Below, piece by piece: positions 1 through 8,733 of a stretch of DNA of 63,410 nt (position 1 is the stretch's first letter; every line of letters begins with the position of its first letter). Both the position numbers and the translations under genes were made by a program. The stretch lies in the IMG/VR virus record IMGVR_UViG_3300012363_000003, positions 1 through 63,410 of that record; one strand, given 5' to 3'. This DNA comes from a virus. Below the pieces are notes generated by a model. The model had not been told where the DNA came from and searched no databases. It saw only the letters and a program-made list of their open reading frames with translations.

Positions 1-123
1 ACAGGCTCATCACCAAGTTGAAGACCAGAGACTTTATCAGGTCTTGACCGGGAGTACTCAGGGAGTAGCCTAGCGGTAAGGTGTCTGCATTGGAAGCAGA
101 AGATCGGGGGTTCAAATCCTCCC
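1..123. repeat. Terminal overlap, exact copy of 63288..63410 (circular or terminally redundant genome, unit length 63287 bp)
   Basis: nt 1-123 read identically to the last 123 nt. nt 1-47 repeat the 3' end of the RNA ligase CDS and nt 59-123 repeat the tRNA start seen at 63346-63410. Confidence 0.95.
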
Positions 124-130
124 TCCCTGA
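59..130 (+). tRNA. tRNA-Pro (anticodon UGG), 72 nt, CCA not encoded
   Basis: Hand-folded cloverleaf. Acceptor CAGGGAG/CTCCCTG (C1-G72, A73), D arm GCCT-AGCGGTA-AGGT, anticodon arm TCTGC-ATTGGAA-GCAGA, variable AGATC, T arm GGGGG-TTCAAAT-CCTCC. Confidence 0.9.
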
Positions 131-241
131 CTGGCCTGAGCACTGCCCCCAGAACTGCTTCGTACCGTACTACGTAAGTGGCGGCGATTGGCCCACTCTT
201 AAAGCGGAATGAGTGGCGTATCCGGGCCGCGTTAGGGCCTC

Positions 242-300
242 GGGCGGGCGGGTGTAAAACTAAGCAGGACATCCGGCGAACGTGGCCCGCCCTTTATTAT
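242..300 (+). terminator. Possible intrinsic terminator after tRNA-Pro
   Basis: GGGCGGGC (242-249) pairs with GCCCGCCC (285-292) and is followed by TTTATTATT. The loop is long (35 nt), so this is tentative. Confidence 0.35.
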
Positions 301-318
301 TCGGTGAGAGGAAAGAGT

Positions 319-717
319 ATGTATCAAGAAGAGCAAGTAAGGCGGGGTATCGCGTTACTTGATGAGAAGTTACCCGACTGGCACAGGACCTTTGATCCGA
401 GTACGCTGAATGTGGGCAGTGCAGCTATGTGTGTTCTTGCTCAGGCGTCTGGTGGTGAATACGCGGATGGGCTAGTATTGCTTGGTCTCAGCGCAAGGGA
501 AGCACCAGACTACGGCTTTGCTATTCTACATATTCGTTTGGGTAATTGGGTGCCAGAGAGCGCCAAGCTTACTCAAACGTGGATAGTTCTGGAGTCTCGG
601 ACTCGAAGGAGCCTCGGACTCGAAGGAGTCTCGCCTCCTGAGAGCCTCGCCTCCGAAGAGCAAGAGGCAACGGACCTTCCAGCGCAACCATCGGCCAGGG
701 AACTTGTGTTGGTATAA
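319..717 (+). CDS. Hypothetical protein, paralogue A of a 3-member tandem family (132 aa)
   Basis: ATG at 319 follows GAGAGGAAAGAG. N-terminus MYQEEQVRRGIALLDEKLPDW matches the next two ORFs. The track ORF start at 178 is probably an upstream extension. Confidence 0.65.
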   Translation: MYQEEQVRRGIALLDEKLPDWHRTFDPSTLNVGSAAMCVLAQASGGEYADGLVLLGLSAREAPDYGFAILHIRLGNWVPESAKLTQTWIVLESRTRRSLGLEGVSPPESLASEEQEATDLPAQPSARELVLV

Positions 718-743
718 GGAGTCCGCAGACCCGGAGGGAGAAC

Positions 744-1079
744 ATGTATCAACAAGAACAAGCAGCGCGGGGGATTGCTCTGCTTAACGAGAAGAAACCA
801 GATTGGGCTACCAATTACTATCCCGCTACCCTGGATATGGCTACTGAGCATGCATGTGTGCTGGGCCAGGTCTTTGGGTCGGCTGCGGTAGGCATGAGTG
901 TTCTTGGGCTTTCACATGAAGAGTTAGAGAGTCATGGCTTTATTATCCCACTAGCTGAAACCCGAGCTATGGGACTGAAAAAAGGAGAACTAGTATCGCC
1001 CTTTACGCACCCCATCTTCTTCAGTCTATACAGACAACTTACCGGGACCTGGCTGGCACTCACGGGAGGGGAGAAGTAG
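744..1079 (+). CDS. Hypothetical protein, paralogue B (111 aa)
   Basis: MYQQEQAARGIALLNEKKPDW...CVLGQVFG aligns with the ORFs at 319 and 1080. Confidence 0.65.
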   Translation: MYQQEQAARGIALLNEKKPDWATNYYPATLDMATEHACVLGQVFGSAAVGMSVLGLSHEELESHGFIIPLAETRAMGLKKGELVSPFTHPIFFSLYRQLTGTWLALTGGEK

Positions 1080-1364
1080 ATGTATAAAGAGTTAGAAGTG
1101 CGTCGGGGGATTATGCTACTGGACGAGAAGGCCCCGGAATGGCGCGAGAAGTTCGACCCAGAGACCCTGGATATGCTTTACATTGGCGGGTGTGTCCTCT
1201 ATCAGGTCTTTGGGGGCTTCACTGAGGGGCTAGAGGCTTTAGGAATTAACTATGGTGGGCTGGAGTTTGATTACGGCTTCGACCTGGATATGCAGGCCCA
1301 CCATAAGGATGAGTTTAACGAGACCTGGAAGCAACTAGCACAGCCACAATTAGCTACGGCCTAA
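1080..1364 (+). CDS. Hypothetical protein, paralogue C (94 aa)
   Basis: MYKELEVRRGIMLLDEKAPEW...CVLYQVFGG aligns with the ORFs at 319 and 744. It starts directly after the stop of the previous gene. Confidence 0.65.
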   Translation: MYKELEVRRGIMLLDEKAPEWREKFDPETLDMLYIGGCVLYQVFGGFTEGLEALGINYGGLEFDYGFDLDMQAHHKDEFNETWKQLAQPQLATA

Positions 1365-1417
1365 GTGCCGGAGTTTCAACCTGAAGGCATCAACCTGAAG
1401 GAGAAGAGGAGTTCGCC

Positions 1418-2368
1418 TTGACAACAACTATTGAAGAGCGTATCGACAAGCAGGGTTCCTTGAATGCAGCCGTGCGGAGTGCCCTTCGTGTACCAATCCC
1501 GCAGAACAAGTTACTTTCACGTAAGGGGCCAGGAGGGACAACCTTAACCTACGCATCGACAGACTACCTGGAAGAGCGGCTCACGGCGGTGGACCCGGAC
1601 TGGCAGGTACTCTTCACGGCCCCCAGCCCAAACGTTGTGATCTGTACACTTACTCTGCTTGGGGTTCAACGCAGTGCAGTAGCCGGATATGTGATCCCCA
1701 AAGAGATGACGTATTGGGATGCAGAGGCACGAGCAACCAAGACACGCACAACAAAACCAGAGGATGCACACACCATCGTCACGAAGGCCCAAGCTGCATC
1801 TTTCCGTCGCGCATGTGCTATGGAGGGTCTCGGTGCAGAACTGTGGCCGGACAAGACACGCGAAGACCACGAAGATACCCCTGCTGCCCAAACCAGTAAG
1901 CCCATGCAGACCAAGGCACCTACGTACGCGGTCGAGGACGCTTCCGCACGTACGAGACCAAAAGGCCAGAGCAACGGCAAAGTAGCCCCCGAGGGTCGCG
2001 GGTCTGGGACTGATGAGGACCTGGCAAAGCTAGCGAAGGGATCAGGGTTTGCCACAGCATCGCAGCTTAAATTCCTTCGTGACGCCTTCTTCGTTCCGCC
2101 CGCCGTGGCCCGTGAGTTGACTTCGGGAGTGAATGGAACCACAAGCATGCTGATAGACTACATGAAGCAGAAGCAGACAGGGAACGATGACTTCGAGAGA
2201 GAGGCTCCCGGATACCTACATGAGGCACTTCTCCGTGGCTTCACAGCAAAGAACCGTGCTGGTGAGAGTGTTCGTGTTGACCCACACCAGCATCTCGTGA
2301 AATACGTGCCCATGTCCCGATCTGAGGAAAACGAAACTGTACCTGACGAGGATGACGACGAAGACTAA
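1418..2368 (+). CDS. Rad52/Sak-like single-strand annealing protein (316 aa, acidic tail)
   Basis: Motifs RKGPGGTTLTYASTDYLEERL and KAQAASFRRACAMEGLGAELW resemble the Rad52/Sak family. TTG start follows GGAGAAGAGGAGTTCGCC. Confidence 0.55.
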   Translation: MTTTIEERIDKQGSLNAAVRSALRVPIPQNKLLSRKGPGGTTLTYASTDYLEERLTAVDPDWQVLFTAPSPNVVICTLTLLGVQRSAVAGYVIPKEMTYWDAEARATKTRTTKPEDAHTIVTKAQAASFRRACAMEGLGAELWPDKTREDHEDTPAAQTSKPMQTKAPTYAVEDASARTRPKGQSNGKVAPEGRGSGTDEDLAKLAKGSGFATASQLKFLRDAFFVPPAVARELTSGVNGTTSMLIDYMKQKQTGNDDFEREAPGYLHEALLRGFTAKNRAGESVRVDPHQHLVKYVPMSRSEENETVPDEDDDED

Positions 2369-2386
2369 AGACATGGAGGGGAGCAC

Positions 2387-3232
2387 ATGTTTGCTCGGAA
2401 GACTTCTCAAGTGCTCCTCTCCTTACTCCTGATGAGAGAGACAGTGCTTACCCAACCGGAGTTCGCGTTCCGGGCGGGGGTGGTGGAAGGGTTACTCCCA
2501 TCAGTCCTGCGCGTAATTGAGCAAGCTGGTCTCATTCTGATTGTACCACAGAAGGTCAATGGGGCCGACAAGGAGATTATTCATGACTTGGTTGCGGCGT
2601 ATGTTGTACCCCTTGCTCTACCCTTACTACATCGTTCGGTACAGGCACACGATCAAGGAAGCACTAGCATTGGGGATAGAGGAGCAGTCCCGCCGATTAA
2701 TGGAAGAGGTCAGAACGGGGAGATACTATCGCCCAACCTGTTGCGAGGAGCTAGCGGAGGAGATTGGAAGGTTGATAGACTATCGCGGCGCGGGGGTAGT
2801 GACAGCGGAGGAGTTGGTGAGACAGATCAGGATGCAGATGGGTCTACGCTCGACCTCTGCCGAAGAGCAGACGAAGCAGGGAACAGAACCGATCAAATAA
2901 AGGCACTCCAGGCTGCATGGGACGAAGCATTCCCGGTGGATCAGTACGACTACGCATACCAGAGGCTTACTGATGCGACTGCTAAGAAGTTCCTGGTAGG
3001 GAGGACTGCTGAGGAGGTGGCTGAGGTTATACTTGATGCTCCCAGGCGTGCAGGAAAGCAGATAAAGTGGCTCAAGGCGTACATCGAGGCATCTCTGGCA
3101 GGCATAGATAGTAAGAAGCAGCAACAGTCTGAGGATGAACCGATTATTACTGATGAGCTTAGAGATTTAGTGAGATTAGCAGGAGAACAAAAGCGTGCAA
3201 AGCGTCGTGTCCAGCCCTCACAAGGCAATTAG
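2387..3232 (+). CDS. Hypothetical protein (281 aa); the middle part is ambiguous against the overlapping +1 frame ORF 2541..2900
   Basis: Good RBS GGAGGGGAG before ATG 2387. Residues ~85-170 are Gly/Ser/Asp/Arg-rich, while the alternative frame looks helical. Confidence 0.4.
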   Translation: MFARKTSQVLLSLLLMRETVLTQPEFAFRAGVVEGLLPSVLRVIEQAGLILIVPQKVNGADKEIIHDLVAAYVVPLALPLLHRSVQAHDQGSTSIGDRGAVPPINGRGQNGEILSPNLLRGASGGDWKVDRLSRRGGSDSGGVGETDQDADGSTLDLCRRADEAGNRTDQIKALQAAWDEAFPVDQYDYAYQRLTDATAKKFLVGRTAEEVAEVILDAPRRAGKQIKWLKAYIEASLAGIDSKKQQQSEDEPIITDELRDLVRLAGEQKRAKRRVQPSQGN

Positions 3233-4196
3233 TGCTGCAACTACCAGTGATGAGCTACTCAAGGACTTTGATGAAGCCCTCACCAACCCACGAGAAATCT
3301 TCGGCTATGGGCGGTACGGGGATGGACGTAGGTGGGCCAATTTGGACAAGCTGACGGGTGGCCTGCAAAAGAGGACCCTTTCTGTGTTGGCTGCTCGTCC
3401 CAAGGTAGGCAAGTCTATGCTGGCAACAGATATTGTACCCTTTATTGCGGAACAGGCACTCATGGAAGAGCGGGTCGTACGTATCATATCTCTGGAAATG
3501 TCCAGGAAGGCGTACCAGAGACGGATGGCTGCGATCATGGCAGGTGCAAACCCGAAGAATATCAGAACGGGGTTTGCGGATAAGTACGAGCAGAAGAGAT
3601 ATCGTGCGGCTCTGGCTACATTGGCGGCACTACCTATAGAATACTTGGCTGTGGAAAAAGACCTGGATGGGGATGAGACGCTGGTAGAAGGCAACTCGAC
3701 AATTACTATTGCTGATGTTATTCGGTTTGTTCGCGGGAGTGGGGATACCTATTGGTGGCTCTTGGATCACATAGGTTTACTCAGCGATCTGTCGGCCTAT
3801 AAGGATGTGACCACGAACATCTATGCCCTTGCGAATAAGTTAATGAACCTGGCCCATAGAACCGCTGCTGGCCTTGTTATTACTCACCTCAACCGGGCTA
3901 GTGCGGGGCGGCGTCCATCTATTGATAGTATAGCCAACAGCGATCAGGTAGGAAAGTGTGCCGACGTGCTTTTCTTTCTCAAGAGGCCCTTCTATGAGGA
4001 GGACATAAGTGAGGAGGATCGTGCTTTGGTTGAGCAGGAGAGAGTGGAGGCAGCCTTCCTTGAGTTTCAATCCAGGGATGAGGGTGGTGGTGTGGTCTAT
4101 CTCCAGTGGGACATGGACAGAGCAGCCTTCGATGAGATGCAACTTGCTCCTGGGGTAAGGCCGCGTATGCCCACAGCCAGGAGTCGCAGGAGGTGA
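3195..4196 (+). CDS. DnaB-like replicative helicase, RecA-type C-terminal domain only (333 aa)
   Basis: Walker A AARPKVGKS, ISLEMS motif and LLDHIGLL Walker B-like motif. It sits among replication genes. Confidence 0.7.
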   Translation: MQSVVSSPHKAISAATTSDELLKDFDEALTNPREIFGYGRYGDGRRWANLDKLTGGLQKRTLSVLAARPKVGKSMLATDIVPFIAEQALMEERVVRIISLEMSRKAYQRRMAAIMAGANPKNIRTGFADKYEQKRYRAALATLAALPIEYLAVEKDLDGDETLVEGNSTITIADVIRFVRGSGDTYWWLLDHIGLLSDLSAYKDVTTNIYALANKLMNLAHRTAAGLVITHLNRASAGRRPSIDSIANSDQVGKCADVLFFLKRPFYEEDISEEDRALVEQERVEAAFLEFQSRDEGGGVVYLQWDMDRAAFDEMQLAPGVRPRMPTARSRRR

Positions 4197-4200
4197 GGCA

Positions 4201-4566
4201 ATGAAGAGGGCAACAGTGCTTGAGTACGACAGCGGTGTTCCTGGACCGGAGGCTGGTTGTAAGGCTCTCTGGTTTATGTACCGCTGGGGTTTGTGGGGCT
4301 ACCTTGGGGACCTTGGGATGGAGAGGGCAGTTGCCGAGCCTGCACTGTTGGTGTTCGACCAAAGCAATGTTGTTATCAAGAAGCCAACGAAGACGCAATG
4401 CAGGCTGTTGGAGGAAGTGCCAGGCTTTGCAGATGCCAGGCGAGAGTTACAGCTTGCCTACATCTTAAAATACTACAGTGATGAGCAGGAGGCGAAGAAG
4501 AGTGGCAAAGTTTTATCACGCAGAAGTAAAGTCCATCCGGCCCGCAGACTCAGATCAACGGGCTGA
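4201..4566 (+). CDS. Hypothetical protein (121 aa)
   Basis: ORF in the co-directional array. Its 3' end overlaps the next ORF. Confidence 0.45.
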   Translation: MKRATVLEYDSGVPGPEAGCKALWFMYRWGLWGYLGDLGMERAVAEPALLVFDQSNVVIKKPTKTQCRLLEEVPGFADARRELQLAYILKYYSDEQEAKKSGKVLSRRSKVHPARRLRSTG

Positions 4567-4780
4567 GGGGTTGGCGCGGCATTGGGCCGGGGTGGTGAAG
4601 TCCCTTGGCGGCATGGTAGATGTGGTCAGGATGTATGGAGATGCCCCAGCGATCTTGGCATGTACATTTGAATATGATGTGGACTTGGGGGTACTCAACA
4701 ACCTATTCGGTCTTGAGTTCCGGGAGGTTCATGCTACCCAAGTTCAGGCGGTGAAAGATTATGGCATTCCAGGAGATTAA
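4478..4780 (+). CDS. Hypothetical protein (about 92-100 aa; GTG 4502 after AGGAGG is an alternative start)
   Basis: ORF in the array; start uncertain. Confidence 0.45.
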   Translation: MMSRRRRRVAKFYHAEVKSIRPADSDQRAEGLARHWAGVVKSLGGMVDVVRMYGDAPAILACTFEYDVDLGVLNNLFGLEFREVHATQVQAVKDYGIPGD

Positions 4781-5066
4781 GGCTTATGTGCCTGGACGGG
4801 TGTGGGAGGTGCTTGCTGGCAGCGAAGATGTGGAGGTAGAGGAGCTAATGGACGTGCAAGTAGGACTGACGTACCTCCCGCCAGCAGAGAGTACCTTCAT
4901 TATTCGGTTGAGTCAGGGGTATACCGGGAAGCAAGCTATGAGTGAGGCACATCTCAAAGGCAACCAAACCCGCTTAAAAACAGACATATTGATGAAACTA
5001 ACGGAGATAATCAATGGGAAAGGTGAAGATGACAAAGCTGGACCACATAAAGCAGCAGGCGCATAA
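4761..5066 (+). CDS. Hypothetical protein (101 aa)
   Basis: ORF in the array. Confidence 0.5.
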   Translation: MAFQEIKAYVPGRVWEVLAGSEDVEVEELMDVQVGLTYLPPAESTFIIRLSQGYTGKQAMSEAHLKGNQTRLKTDILMKLTEIINGKGEDDKAGPHKAAGA

Positions 5067-5247
5067 GCTCAGTCTCACGCGCAAAGAGGTGCTGGTGCTT
5101 ATGAACGAAATCACGAAGACGACCGAGGAGTTGAGGAAGCTCGGGGCTACTGTTGCCGGGGACTTTTCTGATGGTTTCGCCGTGACCCTGCCTGTCGAGG
5201 ACCTGATAAGCCCCGACCTACACAAGGAATGGATAGGAGAGAGCTAA
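5014..5247 (+). CDS. Hypothetical protein (77 aa; ATG 5029 is an alternative start)
   Basis: ORF in the array, predicted helical. Confidence 0.45.
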   Translation: MGKVKMTKLDHIKQQAHKLSLTRKEVLVLMNEITKTTEELRKLGATVAGDFSDGFAVTLPVEDLISPDLHKEWIGES

Positions 5248-5528
5248 TGGATGCACAGAACTTGATGTGGCAGTTAAATGAGTTGCATCGACGCAGGGTG
5301 ATAATAGAAGAGCAGCGAAACCGCCTGGGTGCAGAGATTAAATCACTGCAAACGCAAGCAGAGTCCATACTTTCCGATCTCAAAGAATTTGGGTTTGTGG
5401 CCGACTCTGGTACAACAGATTACCTGCGGATGGGCTACCAGTTTAGGATAGATCAGGAAAGCTTGTCTGATCTAGTTGGTGCGGGACAGCCAGTGGTCAC
5501 TGAATACAAGAGTGGGGGAGAGAGTTAA
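5229..5528 (+). CDS. Hypothetical coiled-coil protein (99 aa)
   Basis: ORF in the array. Its stop overlaps the next start (TAATG). Confidence 0.5.
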   Translation: MDRRELMDAQNLMWQLNELHRRRVIIEEQRNRLGAEIKSLQTQAESILSDLKEFGFVADSGTTDYLRMGYQFRIDQESLSDLVGAGQPVVTEYKSGGES

Positions 5529-5932
5529 TGGACGTTATGGCAAAACGCCGGGGAGATAGTCGTGTTCGGTTGCTCCATGTCAAATCAAATGTCTTCGGGG
5601 CACTCCATTGGGGTGACTCGATCCGTGTTGTAGACGAGGGGGAGGAGAGAATAGCTGGCGGAATTTATCGTTACAAGACAGTGACAGATTTCCTTTCTGA
5701 GTGGAACATCATCGTATCCAAGCAGAAAGAGGTTCGTGTGCCCTTCCTTCGCCACAAGTATGGCCTGGGAACGGTAGCGGGGGCCTTCTTCGCGCTGTTC
5801 GGCATCTATCCCAAGGGTGATTGTGGCTGTCCAGATCGGAAGAAATGGTGGAATTGGCTTATGGCATTTGTGCCTTGGAACTACTGGGGTGAAGAGGACG
5901 CAGAAGAGAACAATGAATTTGATGGTACATAA
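5528..5932 (+). CDS. Hypothetical protein (134 aa)
   Basis: ORF in the array. Confidence 0.55.
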   Translation: MDVMAKRRGDSRVRLLHVKSNVFGALHWGDSIRVVDEGEERIAGGIYRYKTVTDFLSEWNIIVSKQKEVRVPFLRHKYGLGTVAGAFFALFGIYPKGDCGCPDRKKWWNWLMAFVPWNYWGEEDAEENNEFDGT

Positions 5933-5944
5933 AGGAGGACGATA

Positions 5945-6457
5945 ATGGATGACACTTATAAGAGCCTGAACCTTGAGACCGGGCTGTTGGAAGACATAGA
6001 TGAGGTTAGGCAGGTAGGGTTGGTTTTATCCTCCCTGTTCAAGAAAATCCTCACCAACCCCGTGTTTTCTCTTATTGTTTCTGTAGGAATGCGGGTAGAC
6101 CTGGCGACAATCGTGGCTTCAAGTGAGGTTATGCTGCGTCCCACAAGTCAGGCGGCGTACATGCGGCAACTGCTGATGCTTACCTATGGCGTGCTGACTA
6201 CGGAGATGGAGGAGGCTATTCGTGCAGTAGGCTACTCTGAGACGCTGCCAACCACACATCCAGACGCCCCACAACCAGACGTGAGTGTAGACCCAAACAG
6301 CCCCGAGGTGGAGGGCAGTCAATTCCTTCAAAAGCTCCTGAAGGACGGGGCCATAAAGGCAGAAAAGAAGGAAGAGCCAAAGACAGATTTGCCCAAGAGC
6401 CTGGACGATTTCCTTGACGGGTTAGCAAACAGAACGTATAAGCCAGAAGAGGAGTAA
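5945..6457 (+). CDS. Hypothetical protein (170 aa)
   Basis: ORF in the array, RBS AAGGAGGA upstream. Confidence 0.55.
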   Translation: MDDTYKSLNLETGLLEDIDEVRQVGLVLSSLFKKILTNPVFSLIVSVGMRVDLATIVASSEVMLRPTSQAAYMRQLLMLTYGVLTTEMEEAIRAVGYSETLPTTHPDAPQPDVSVDPNSPEVEGSQFLQKLLKDGAIKAEKKEEPKTDLPKSLDDFLDGLANRTYKPEEE

Positions 6458-6461
6458 TGAC

Positions 6462-8732
6462 ATGGTAACGCTTCAGGAGGTCGAGGGGAGGGGGTCGGTT
6501 CGCGTCCTTGATCGCCTGGATGGGAACGTGCTGGCTGAGGTAAGTTGGATGCGCGGCTTGGGCGGGGATGTTGGGTTCGACATAGAGACCACAGACCTGA
6601 ACCCGATCAAGGACAGGATAGTGGCAATCCAGTTCAAGCCCAAAGGCAAACGGGCCACGATAATCGACGTGCGGCACTTCACAAAGGATGAGCTATATGA
6701 ACTAGGACTCATATTGGGGCCGTTGTTTGATGGGACCGTAACTCTTGTGGGGCACAATCTCCTCTTTGACCTTGGATTTGTCCTGGCTCATATGGGGATT
6801 GGCGCACACAAGGTCTACGATACACAGCTAGCAGAACAGACCATTTACGGGCTTGGCTGGTCGTCTGCTCATGAGAAGAAGATCGGTCTGAGCCTGGCTG
6901 CATTAGGCGAGAGATATGGGGTCAAGGTCCACAAGGAGGAGCGGTCATGGTTCGAGCACCTGGACGAGCGGCCTGAGGAGTGGAATGCACCCTTCCCGTC
7001 AGAGCAGATCAACTATATGCGTCAGGATGTATCCGTGGTTCACCGCATCAAGGACGCACAGAGACCAGCAATTGATGAGCTTAACCTGGTTGGGGCGCTT
7101 GACCTGGAGATGCGTGCCCTCCTGCCTGTGGTGGGGGTGGAGGTCTCCGGGGTTTCCATCGACCGGGAGGGCTGGCTCCGGGTGATCGACCGTGTTGAGG
7201 CCAGAGCTAAGGAGCTAGAGCAGATTGTACTTCTAGGCAAAGAGGGTGAATATGATGGGCTTGCTATTCATGTGCTGCGTGTACGTCAGGACAGGTACAT
7301 GAGCAGATGGCATCCTTACGAGGACTGGATGAAGGCCCGAGACGCTTTTGTTGCTACTGCTAAGCAAAGGTGGGAGACAGCGCAGGAATATGTGAAGGCG
7401 TTGGGGTACAAGAACTGGTCAGAGTACAAAAAGGCTACCCTTGAGTATTGGCACAATGAGCACGAGAGGATGGTCAAGCCACCTGAGAACAAGGCAGGGG
7501 TCAATTTGGGATCGTGGAAGCAGGTGATGGATGGGTTCAACGATCTTGGTATCCCTGTAACCTCGGTCAAGGAAGAGGCACTAAAGCCCTACATTGGCAA
7601 GCATCCTCTGGTTCACATCTACCTGGACTACGTAGGTGCCAGGAAGATAGTCACAGTCTACGGGCGTGAGAAGGGCAAGAAGAAGCGGGCGTTCATTGAT
7701 ATGCTCTCTCAGGACAATAGGCTCCGTGCGTCCTACCAGCCAATAGGTGCTGATACGGACAGGATGGCTAGCTATGAGCCTTGCCTGCACCAGATACCTG
7801 TGGATGGTGTGGGGGCCGAACTCAGGAACAATGTTATAGCGGCTCCTGGATATACCTTCGTCATTGCCGACTTTAGCAACATAGAGCTAAGGATTACGGC
7901 AGAACTTAGTGGTGACGAGTTTCTCCTAGCAGCATTCAAGTCGGGGAAAGATGTGCATTCGTACACGGCCAAGGTGATGTTCGGACTCACTGAGGAACAG
8001 GCGACGAAGGAGTGGACGGACTCTCACAACGCTGTGGTAGGTGGGAGGACTCTGGAGAATACTTCATACAGGAAGATTGCTAAGACGATCAACTTTATGC
8101 TCCTCTATGGGGCAGGAGTTCGTCGGTTGGCAGCCAAATTGGAGGTCAAGGAGTCCGAGGCCAAGGTACTTCTCGATATGTACTACAAAACCTTCGCTAC
8201 GGCAATCTCGTGGTTAAACAAGCAGAAGTTTCGTCTTGATATGGCCCGGAAGAAGGACGAGAGAAAGGTATTCGCTGAAACTCGTTCGGGATGGAAGCGA
8301 TGGTTTGATATCCCTGCGGCTCCTAAGCACCCAGCAAACGGCCAGCAGGTGAGCGTGGAGGCTATGGATATGTATAACCTGGCTGTGGACGAGTGGCGTA
8401 GTGCTAATGCTTCGATCAAGAGACAGCTAGCCAATACTCCAATCCAGGGGTTAAGCGCGGCAATCACCAAGCTGGCAGCGGCCTTGATTTACGAGAGCAT
8501 TGGGTACGACCCAAACATGCGCCTGGTAGCGATTATCCATGACGAGTTCATCATGGAAGTCAAAGAGGGAGTGTGGCAGAAGGCTCGTGGGCCGTTGGGT
8601 AAGGACATAACCTATGCCACCCTTGCTGCGGATATCCTTGAGACGAGAATGATGGCGGCTATGCAGAAATACTTGAAGGTGGTGGACCTGGGTGAGATAC
8701 ATGCCGTCCAAACCCCGTACTGGAGGCATTGA
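6462..8732 (+). CDS. Family A DNA polymerase with 3'-5' exonuclease domain (756 aa)
   Basis: Exo motifs FDIETTDL, HNLLFDLGF and YMRQDV. Pol motif A DFSNIELRI, motif B RKIAKTINFMLLYGAG, motif C IHDEFI. Confidence 0.9.
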   Translation: MVTLQEVEGRGSVRVLDRLDGNVLAEVSWMRGLGGDVGFDIETTDLNPIKDRIVAIQFKPKGKRATIIDVRHFTKDELYELGLILGPLFDGTVTLVGHNLLFDLGFVLAHMGIGAHKVYDTQLAEQTIYGLGWSSAHEKKIGLSLAALGERYGVKVHKEERSWFEHLDERPEEWNAPFPSEQINYMRQDVSVVHRIKDAQRPAIDELNLVGALDLEMRALLPVVGVEVSGVSIDREGWLRVIDRVEARAKELEQIVLLGKEGEYDGLAIHVLRVRQDRYMSRWHPYEDWMKARDAFVATAKQRWETAQEYVKALGYKNWSEYKKATLEYWHNEHERMVKPPENKAGVNLGSWKQVMDGFNDLGIPVTSVKEEALKPYIGKHPLVHIYLDYVGARKIVTVYGREKGKKKRAFIDMLSQDNRLRASYQPIGADTDRMASYEPCLHQIPVDGVGAELRNNVIAAPGYTFVIADFSNIELRITAELSGDEFLLAAFKSGKDVHSYTAKVMFGLTEEQATKEWTDSHNAVVGGRTLENTSYRKIAKTINFMLLYGAGVRRLAAKLEVKESEAKVLLDMYYKTFATAISWLNKQKFRLDMARKKDERKVFAETRSGWKRWFDIPAAPKHPANGQQVSVEAMDMYNLAVDEWRSANASIKRQLANTPIQGLSAAITKLAAALIYESIGYDPNMRLVAIIHDEFIMEVKEGVWQKARGPLGKDITYATLAADILETRMMAAMQKYLKVVDLGEIHAVQTPYWRH

Positions 8733-8733
8733 G

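Noticed and set aside
178-318. The N-terminal extension of the first paralogue (track ORF starts at 178).
   Set aside because: The extension covers the terminator-like hairpin. The RBS and the conserved paralogue N-terminus (MYQEEQ) both begin at 319.
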